This document shows positions 40,501 to 51,800 of a DNA stretch of 64,000 nucleotides, piece by piece. A program made the position numbers and the translations under genes. Source of the stretch: Octopus vulgaris (taxonomy: Eukaryota); the NCBI GenBank assembly GCA_951406725.2, contig OX597818.1, forward strand, positions 24,552,001 to 24,616,000, in the 5' to 3' direction. The first letter of the stretch is position 1; each line of letters begins with the position of its first letter. The notes under the pieces are model-generated. The model had not been told where the DNA came from and searched no databases. It saw only the letters and a program-made list of their open reading frames with translations.

Positions 40501-41083
40501 GAAAAAATGAACATCAAAGGTATTCACTGTAATGCGCAAGAGAAAAAATTGCTTTGGTATGAACATGTACTGTATTTAAAGAAATATAGCTGGGTAAAAA
40601 GTGGAGATGGGAACTACAGAAGAGGAAGACCCAAAAAATATAGACAGAAGTGGTGAGGACTGATATCAAAATGCTGAACTATACAAACGAAATGATGAAG
40701 GACTGCAACAAGTGAAGAGCTGCTGTGTTGAAATTGATCTAGCCAACCCATTCCAGCATGGAAAAGCATATTAAAAATAGGTGACTTATTATTTAAATAC
40801 AGAGTAAAAGTTTTTGAATAGCTCAACATTTCCCGGTGGAAATTTTTATGTGTAGCAAGGGGATGTTGAATTTTTACTCAGTGTGAGCTCTCTTAAATTC
40901 AACTGGTAACTTTGTGTTTTTTACAATAACAGATTTTGTGAATAATAGTGTCATTAGTTCACTAAATTTCTGAGTGCAAGAGCGACAAGGAATGGCCTGT
41001 GTAACTTGGGCAGAATATAACCACAAACTATCTTAATTTGACACACTGGTTACCAGTAAATTTTTTGCTGATGTGCATAGTTT

Positions 41084-41141
<58 letters not shown>

Positions 41142-44100
41142 CACGCTTTTATACAGATTCATCTACCGAATTCTGTTTTTCAACATATTGGTCAACAGGA
41201 GGCTATATATATTATATAAGAAAGAGGGGGTAAGTTGTTACTGCTCAGGCTAGTGACCATAACAGGAAGCTTTTCCAGAGTCATATTCAAATGAACATTA
41301 AAATACATATAAACACATATACATAATGGTCGCACATACACAGAGGCAATGGAAACTATGGTAGCAGCTTGCATGTTCTAATTTGCAACATAATGACAGT
41401 AAAAACAAGATTAAAAAATAACAGAAATAAAACAAAGTATAGAAAGGTAAAAGCATTTGCATATATGTACATAAATTAAAGATAAATAAAGATAATTATA
41501 AATAAACTGTTATTTGTAAAAAATAAAAAAATAAAATTTTCAATTTAATACTTGACAGATGTAAACTCATTTATTTTCTTTCATATAAAATATGATAGTT
41601 ACTTGGATTGTAAATGAAATAGCTCTGAAGATGTCTTTTGAATTTGCTAAGTTGTTTTCAATAAAAAGCTAAATTTGTATAAATTTGAGGGATATTGGGA
41701 ACAGATGAAGGAGAAAGGTTCAATAAGACTTAGGAGAGTGAATATGATACATTTGCTTCTTGTGTTTCCTGGGGTGTGATGCCCCAGATACTGTGTGTGG
41801 GTGAATGATTAACCAGTTCTGCAATGCCCTCACCCAACATATACCTTCCATACTGGCATGGATTGGCTGGTTCAAGGTCCAAGATGGTTCTTATTTAGTG
41901 TTTCTGCTTTTCTGGAGTTGATTGGTGAAACATGTTTCGCTTATACATTTTAATTCTAGTTTGGTTTCTAAAGTTAGATGGTTCCTATCACCAACTACTT
42001 TACTGTGTTTACTCTTTATATAATATGCTGGGTACATTCTGTTATGGCACTAGCAAAGCATAGTATTAAATTCACTCATTATATATCCTCATTATGCAAA
42101 TTAACTATAACATCAATGGAGTAGTAGAATACAGGGTGATGGGCAGCAGAATGAAAGAAGTAGATAAAAGGCTCGAAACTGGTTTTATATTATGATCAGT
42201 AAAACTGAAATGGATTTGCCAAAACCAATTTTAATGCTTGCTGTTTCTTTTTTTTTTTTTCGCAAAACATTTTTTTCTTTTGAAGAAATATTGTTGAAAC
42301 TGAACTGTTGTCGGTCGCCTTTAGTTGAGAGTGCTGTCTGCTTCATTGAAACATATCGCAACATATCAATTCTCACCTTCTCTCCCCTTGAACCTTAGAT
42401 CAGCACCTTGTTATTTCCTTCGCTAACCTCTGGCTGACTCTTTGAATTTGGAGGTAACAGAGTTTATTCATAGCAAGTCAAGGGGATGCTGTTAGTCTTC
42501 AGTCAGGTGATCTTTCCCCCATGAGCATATGTAATAACCAGTTCCACATTCATTTCAAGGAAGTAACACTAACTAAATTTTTTCTTAATTATTTTCATTA
42601 GCCCTAGCATGATAAAAAGAAAATCAACTGTTTGGAATTTTTTTGATAGGAAAAACAAAGATGAAGCTCAATGCAATAAGTGTGATAAGTTCATGAAGTT
42701 TTCTGGAGGATCTGCTACGTCTCTGATCTTGTACTTGAAGAAAATTCATCAAATCAACATAAATCAAGATATAAACCAGCCTCCTGTGAAAATGACAAGA
42801 ACAATGGAACACTTTTTAACAAAGAAATCGATGGAAGAAGTTTCAAAGTTAGCTGCTATGGATGGATTCTCATTCAATTCAATCGCCAAAAGTAATTTTA
42901 TACAGAGAAATCTTCATAGTCAGAGAGGCAAATATGATAAATTACAACCAACGTCTGCAAACGGAGTCAGGAATATGGTAATGAATTATTACATAACCAA
43001 GAAAGAAGAACTTATTCATTATTTCGAAAAAGAAGTAGCGCTGGGGATTCGCTACTCATTGACATTGGATGAATATACATCAATTCAAAATAAGCGATAT
43101 ATGAACATAAATGTTCATAGGAAAGACAATCATTGGTCGTTGGGTCTTATTGAGATCCATGGCTCCCTTAGTAGCAGGAAAACAGAGAAATTTGTGAGAG
43201 GACATCTTCGTGAATTTGGATTGGATTGGATATATACATTGTTGGCTGTACGACAGATGGTGCTTCTATGATGGTGAAATTTGGAAAAGAAATAAAACCT
43301 GATCACCAACAATGTCTCACATTGCATACATCTGTCTGTGATCGACATTCTCTATCAAAAAAATATTGAAAATATTGCCTCAACCAATGAGACTGATAAA
43401 AAAAGTGAAGAGATCGCTATAACAGATGAGAGTGATGATGAAGCTGACATAAGCGAACAAGATATACTTTTTCAAACAGATTTGGCTCACAAAAATGCTT
43501 GTTTTCCCCAGCTAAAACCTGAATTTAACAAAGTTTTAAATAAGGTAAGAAAAATTTCAAAACTTTTCTGTAAATCTCCGACAAAAAATGAAATTTTACA
43601 AGATTTTATACGAGCGAACTTTGATAACAGAGAATATAAATTTATACTGGATTGCAGAACTAGGTGGAATAGCACATTCCATATGATTGAGAGATTTTTG
43701 AAATTGAAAAGCTGCATTCCAAATACTCTACGAGCAGTACTTTCCACAAATGCCGTAGCTGACGAAGAATGGAAATCTCTCGATTTACTATATGAAATTC
43801 TGCATCCAGTAGAAATTATTTTGAAAGCTATTGTGCTGATGATACAGATTTACTGAAAGCGGAATATTCTATAGAATTTTTATTGAATAAAATTAATATT
43901 GTCAGCAACCCTTTGACTCTAAATCTTCATGAAAGACTTATGCATAGTTATAATAAGAGAAGAAAGGTCGAAACCTTGATTCTCTTGAGGTATTTACATA
44001 ACCCAAGGAAGTTTAAAAGTGAATCAATTTTTGGATCTTTTCTTTTTTCAATGAAACAACACTTAAGGAAGGATGCTGAAGAAACATATAGGAGATTGGA

Positions 44101-45521
44101 CAATGTTCAAGCTGGTGCGTGCATCATGTTCAGCATTATTACACATCTCATTATTCCTAGTACCATTATAATCCAGTCCTCCATATAAAAATGTTGCTGA
44201 CACAAGTACAGCTGGGATATGTTCATAGATAGATGTGATGGAAAAGGGGCTCCATGCATGGGTATACAGATTGGGGTGCTTAGACAGAATTTTATTAAAA
44301 TGATCATACTAAGAATGCAAAAACAATGAGAATAGCATGGGTATTATCCCAATATCAATGTAAGGACAGCATAGTTCAATTAGTTTCCAATCCAGTAAGT
44401 TTGGAAAGTTTTGCTCTTATGGTGTATGCACCTAATTCTAAGACACTGTACATATTAAGAATATTAGCTAATATCATCTTTAAACCTTCTTTTGTACATA
44501 ACCTGCATAGACATCTACCTCCATGCTTCAGTATGGCATGTCACAGAACCAAGCATTTCAATTTATAGCTAATCTTATGAACATCCAAATTATGGATATA
44601 TTCAGCTCATAGTGTGCATGAGTCTCATACAGGAGGAGTGCTTATCAGTCGAATATTTCATGAGGGTCATCTGCAGCATCTATGTAGTATTGTTGTGTGT
44701 CAAAACCTCGCATTTATAGACTACACTGATAAGTATGCATTGCCCACCCAGGGAACAGTTTGCAAATGTTCTGAAGTTACATCCAGGGAAATGGGAGCTT
44801 AGACAGGTTTGTTAGTCACCCTATGTGCTGTAGCAACCGGTGAGATGCATGCCTGGTTGTTGTGACCTAGAGTGCCAGGTTGAGATTCACTCAGATCTAT
44901 GGAATTCCTGCTAAGTCTCTGTTCAAATTCTTTTGGAGAAGACATTATGATGTTTACAATCTTGGTTGAGCTTAAATTATGGGGTACCCCCACAGTCATC
45001 TGTTTCTCCAAAACAGGTCTCCATATTATATTTAGCAAGTTTTAGCCTATTAGATGAAGCTGTAATAGTCTCACACTGGGTGCAGTAGAGTAGGATACCT
45101 TGATAGTTCTCTTGAAAATAGAAAATGCTATGTTACTTATGCTGCAGGGAAAAATTTTGGAAACCCTAATCAAAATACTTCTAAGCTATCAATAACATAC
45201 CTGGGATGGTATGACAATCTATAAACATATAGAAGCTCTCATGGGATTTATGGTATGGATAATATAATCCTGAGTAAATTGAATCAAGGAATTGATATAA
45301 GCAGTTCTATTCATGCTAAAGTAGCAGAATAGTGCAAGTAGAGAGATGATAGATGGTAAGAATGTCTTCAGGAAGAAATTTAGTTCAAAGTGGGAGTGGG
45401 GAGTAGTTGAACACACACATTGTGCTTCCAGAATCTTAGCTTAAGCTTCTCTGAAGTAGGCAGATCTTGAGAATGGAACATCACCTGCCATCCCAATCTT
45501 TTGTCACCTCTTCCCAAAGAC

Positions 45522-45585
<64 letters not shown>

Positions 45586-46515
45586 GCATATATAACTGTA
45601 TATATGCATAAATACATACACATATATATAAATATATATATATTCCACTTAATGATATCAAACTTAATAATATCAATCTATCCTCCAATCATCCTAAATC
45701 AACCATCAATAGCATTGTAACTGCAATATCTATTAGAGTCTCAAACCTATCAGCTAATGAAAACATTTTTAATCAATATGCCCCTATCTATAATAATGCT
45801 TTAAAATTAAGCTTTAAAATGAAGTTTAACAATGATAGTAATAAAGGAGATAAAGTTGAAAATGAAAGTAATAATCATAAAAATAGTAATAAAACTAGAA
45901 CCAATGTGGATACCATGGATGATAAGGATAATAACAGATGTAGAGATGGTAGTAATAAGAATTATAAATAAGAACAGAATTATAAAGTTAGGTTTATGTC
46001 AAATGAAGGTGGAAACAAGTATGAAAATATAAATACAAATAAAAACGTGAATAGCTTTACATATGGCAAACTAAGTCAAACAACATATTGTAAGCCCACT
46101 TTTAATACCAAATCTATGATTCGTCAGGTTATTTGGTTCACCCCACCCTTTTCACTAAGAGTGAAAGGTCTACCAAGATTATTCTTTAAAGTATTGAAAG
46201 AAAACTTCCCAAAACATCATAAATATTACTCAATATGCAATAAATCATCAATAAAGCTAGCTTATTCGGTCACTCCCAATCTTGGGTCTATTATCGCTCC
46301 AATGAACAGGAATAAAATAAGATACCATAATGATAGAATTGGTAATAATAATTTTGGCAAGAACACTAAAACCAATAATAGGAAATTCATTAATGGCACT
46401 GATGATAGTAGTAATGCAAATCGTGAAATTGAATATGAAAGAAGTATAAGAATGACTAATAATGCAAATGATAATATGAATAATAATGATGATAATAATA
46501 ATAATGATAATAATG

Positions 46516-46549
<34 letters not shown>

Positions 46550-48823
46550 TAAAATAAATAAACCTGAAATTAGCATGAATGCAAGTACAAATAATACTAT
46601 GGATCCTAGCATTGGAAGGACGGAAGCAATCGGTATACTGAATAATGCTAACAGACCCCATAAAGGGCGTAAAAAGTGTAATTGTAGGGGCCCTCTAAGA
46701 TGTCTGATTAGCGGAAATTGTTACCAGGATAATGTTATTTATAAATGTAGCATTGAAACACAAAATGGCCAGAGAAAAATATATACTGGTAGTACAATAA
46801 ACTTCAAGCAGAGGTACTGAAGCCAAAGTTCTTTTAATGATCCTAAATATAGGACATCTACGGCATTGGCATCATATGTAAATGACCTTAAAGAAAGGAA
46901 TGTTGCATTCAAATTATTGTGGTCTATCCTTGCAGACGCCCGCCCCATATGCAATCGGATCCACTAGATGTGGTTTGTGCACCAGGGAAGCATACTTTAT
47001 ATTGGAAAACTATAATCATGTTATGTTGAATAAATTTACTAATGCAATACCAGCTTGTACGCATAGGATCCACTCTACATTCTTGAAGAAATTTTTAAAT
47101 AAATATAAAAATTAGAAATAATAATAATAATTAAAATATAATTAAAACATAATATAATAATTAAATAATTAAAAAAATTAACAATAGCTATAGTATAAGG
47201 TTGCAATAATGGGATCTTTTCCTTTTGAACGGCACTTTGTAACATAATTTCTAGGTAAATAAAAAGTTTTAAACTTCATATACTGGTAGAATGTATTTAT
47301 AAAACATCATTTTTTCTTGGCTTCATTAAGAAAATTTTATATGTTGTAAGATATTTCATCTTTAATTTCGAGCATTTCGGAAATTTTAACCAATCGTTGA
47401 CGTCCATTTAGGTAAATAACATTCTGTGCATAATGAATATGTCCCTCCTTTAAGAAACAGATTGGGTTTATTTACATTTGTGAAGAAAAAGATACCCTTC
47501 CCCACCCTAACCCTAAATCTAAAATAGATTGAAATGCAATAGATCGATACTAGGGTTATAATTATGGGTGGCAATTTCATACAACACCGCTACGGAAAAT
47601 GGGATTTTTTTCTAGTGGTGTCAAATGAAAATATCACCCATAATTATGGCCCTAGTATCGATCTATTGCATTTCAATCTATTTTAGATTTAGGGTTAGGG
47701 GTTGGGGAAGGGTATCTTTTTTTCTTCACAAATGTAAATAAACCCATTCTGTTTCTTAAAGGAGGGACATATTCATTATGCACAGAATGTTATTTACCTA
47801 AATGGACATCAGCAATTGGTTAAAATTGCCGAAATGCTTGAAATTAAAGACGAAATATCTTACAACCTATAGAATTTTCTCAATAAAGCCAAGAGAAAAT
47901 GATGTTTTATAAACACATTCTACCAGTATACGAAGTTTAAAACTTTTTAGTTACCTAGAAATTATGTTACAAAGTGCCGTTCAAAAGGACAAGATCCCAA
48001 TAATATAATAGGTATGATTTGAACTTAGATAACTAATTTCGTAAAAACATGGGAATAAAATTAAAGTGCAATAATGGGTTAGTCTGGGTTGAACTTAGCA
48101 CATGCCTTTACCATAGTCTTCTGACTATATGCTAATTAGATAATATTAGATAACTATAAAGGTGGTAAGCACAATGTCTTAATTTTTCGGCTGGCTGATA
48201 TTGTTGGATTTTTGTGTATTGGAATTGTTATTTTGGATTGTGTTACTGTTTGCAAAGGTCTGCTGTTGGAATTATATTTGTTACTGTTGAAAATTATTGA
48301 ACATTGTTATTGTTAAGTTGGTAAAACAACTGTTGTTTTCCCGCCATGTGGGTGAGCCAGCATTATGGAGAGAATGAACAGAAATGAGGGATAACTAGAA
48401 GTTGTCAGAATAATTTTACTTTAGTAAATAATGAACAGAAATGTTCCTAATTTTATTCCACATTTCTGTTCATAATTTACAAAAGTAAAATTATTCCGAC
48501 AGCTTCTAGTTATATAATTATAGTTTGTCATGTCTTTATATAGGATGTAAGTAGCAAAATAAGTTCATATAAACTAGACCTGAAGATTGACAATATAATC
48601 GTTTTAATATGGTATTGTATTTTGAGACCTTCTATTTCAGCAATATCGAGGAATTTGTTGTCATGAAACACGCGTAGTCTATATAATGTAAAGTATATGA
48701 TTTAGAATAAGAATTGAAGGTATTAATTTTGATAATTTTTATATTTAGTCCCATATGTACCTATCATAGATAATGTCGTTCAATGATGATTGAGTTGCTT
48801 GAGGGTGATGCTGTCTCTTAAAC

Positions 48824-48859
<36 letters not shown>

Positions 48860-51800
48860 CATCATCATCATCATCGTTTAACGTCCACTTTCCATGCTAA
48901 CATGGGTTGGACGATTTTGACTGAGGGCTGGCGAACCAGATGGCTGCACCAGGCTCCAATCTTGACCTGGCAGAGTTTCTACAGCTGGATGCCCTTCCTA
49001 ACGCCAACCACTCCGAGAGTGTAGTGGGTGCTTTTTACATGCCACCGGCACGGGGGCCAGTCAGACGGTACTGGCAATGACCTTGCTCGAATCTTTTTAC
49101 ACATGCCACCGGCACAGGAGCCAGTAAAGCGACGCTGGTAACAAAAACGCTTGAATGGTGCCCTTTTACGTGCCACCGGTACAGAAGCCAGTTATAAGAT
49201 ACTGAAAGATAATATTTCAATTTTTCCATGGAAGCAATGATAATATTTCAATTTTTTTCATGTTTAATTTAAATATATGTTGTGATTGAATTATTTGATA
49301 TTACACATTCACACCAAATTAATGGCAGGGATTTTTACCATGTTGTTGGTTGAACCATGGCTCACCAAAGGTTACAAACAACAAGACTGCAAAATCATCA
49401 GTTACCAGGCTCACCTTAAGTAACCTAGATTTCGAGTTGGTGATAACAGCACTGACTGCTGCTAATCTAGATCTATCAATAATTATTCAATGCAACAGTA
49501 ATTATAAAAGCATATCAGATATACACAAGTAAAAATTACCTCCATCCCATTAATATAAATTTGATTTATGAAAAATCTCTTTTAATTAATTTTGAAATTT
49601 AAAAAGTAAATTTAGAATATAAGCACTTTTAACCAATACCTTTTCTGGGCAGCCTTACTACATGCCTTCAGGCCTGCCTATATGGACAGCCAAAAATGAC
49701 TATATTCCTGCCCCAATAAATTTAGATGTATATATATGAAGCATGTAACACATTAATGAACTAAAAAGAAAAGGAAAGCAACTAAAAAGGAAAAGCTAAA
49801 AAATCAGAAAGCAAGTTAATTAAAGCTGAAAGAGAAAATTAATAATAAAAGTTAAACTTACTCTAATTCAACAGCATATTAAAAATAACTTTATTAAACA
49901 ATTCAATTGAAAAAATAAAGTATACAAAAGGTTGAAAGGTAAAGTCGACCTCAGTGGAATTTGAACTCAGAATGAAATGACAGACTAAATACCTATTTCT
50001 TTACTACCCACAAGGGGCTAAACATAGAGTGGACAAACAAGGACAGACAAAGGGGTTAAGTCGATTACATCGACCCCAGTGCGTAACTGGTACTTAATTT
50101 ATCGACCCCGAAAGGATGAAAGGCAAAGTCGACCTCGGTGGAATTTGAACTCAGAACGTAACGGCAGACTAAATACCACTAAGCATTTCGCCTGGCACAC
50201 TAACATTTCTGCCAGCTCACCATGTTAGAATGTAAACATTCATTTTAGAAATATATTCTTAAAATTACTGCTTGGGGCGTTACTCCCTTACTCATTTTAC
50301 ATTTCATGACATTGTACCTCATAACTTTTTTTCTACTAATTTTTATTGAATGTGACTAATGATTCTGAATTCCTCATGCATTTTTCTATCATCTAAGCCT
50401 AAAAAAAGTATACTTTTATTTCAAAATAAAAAAAATTTCTGTTAATTGAAAATGAATACGTGCCTTACTGCCCACCTTTAGGCCTCACATATTTTGATTT
50501 AACTTTTTTTCTACTGAACCAAATCTCAAACTATTCATGCCAAAGTGTCCTCTTTAAAACTTAACAGTTTGCAATATAGATGAGAACTGAATCAGTGATG
50601 AAGCTTGGAAGCTGCTGCGATTGACGAAATGGTGGACGTAAGAATATATTCGGATCTTTTCGGTTTGAATGGCAGTTTTTTCTAACGGTGTCATATGAAA
50701 TTGTCACCCATAATTATGACCTTAGAATCGATCTATTGCATTTCAATCTCTTTTAGGGTTAGGGTTGGTTAAGGTTAGGGATGGGGGAAGGGTATCTTTT
50801 TTCTTCACAAATGTAAATAAACCCAATCTGTTTCTTAAACGAGGGACATATTCATACGGCACAGAATGTTTTTTTTTTATACCTCAATGGACGTCATTGA
50901 TTGGTTGAAAATGCAGAAATTGAAGAAAAAAAACAACAAATATCTTACAAACTATAGAATTTTCACAATAAAGCCAAGAGAAAAAGATGTTTTATAAACA
51001 CATTCTACCAGTATACGAACTTTAAAATTTTTTAGTTACTTAGAAATTATGTTAAAAACTGCCGTTCAAACTGAAAAGATCCATATATTCAACCATTACC
51101 ATGGTTGAATGATATTGCATTTGGTTATGTGAGAGACAGATTGCCATGCTTCAAAGCATATATTATTTGATACTACTGTTCCCCCATCCACTACAAGGAT
51201 TAGTAGACCACTCCTAGCTTGTGTATTACATGAGTTAAAAACTGACACATGTAGGCAACAAACTGAATTAAATTGCATATAAGTAACTGACTTTTTTTTT
51301 CATTCCATTCACCCTTTTAGATTTCTCAGGTTTCAAATTTCTATAAATATCTTTACTTTTTTATATTATTAATTTGCTTGCAACTTTCACCATGAGTAAT
51401 GTGAGACAATAGTGATGGGCAAGCTATTAATGATTGAATGTTTTCCAATCTCTGTAAAATAGTTCTCACTACTAATAATGTAACTGTGACAATTAACTAC
51501 TAGTATTCATCTGAAACAAAGCATTTAAATAACAGTCAGTCTTTGCGTGACTTATCTTTTGTTGCCATATTTTTCATCAAGGTTCTTTAGTACCAAACCA
51601 GTCACAATGGTGATTGTAGCAGATGAGAAATTAAAAATGAATAAATAAATGAATACAATCAAAATAACACTTACCAAGTGCCATTGATTCGGAAATTCTT
51701 CATCTGAAAATCTAACTTCCCACCGTTTATGCCGTTTACGGATTATTTCTCGGCTGTATGATTCGACATAGTGATGTTTGTCTAGTTTTAATTCAACTAT

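Larger units (their letters stand above)
45642..48830 (+). mobile_element. Penelope-like element (RT thumb + C-terminal GIY-YIG), 5'-truncated, flanked by (TA)n
   Basis: SNHPKSTI...[33 protein letters not shown]...C...NVIYKC...[27 protein letters not shown]; stops and frameshifts present. Confidence 0.85.

Noticed and set aside
44110-45100. Possible remnant of a restriction-endonuclease-type non-LTR element on the minus strand (CRLC...LANILN-like peptide)
   Set aside because: Too degenerate to support by eye; needs a tBLASTn/HMM search.
46818-46820. In-frame TGA in the Penelope GIY-YIG region as possible selenocysteine
   Set aside because: The position is not a conserved Cys, the copy has other frameshifts, and no SECIS was recognised; CGA->TGA decay is the simpler explanation.
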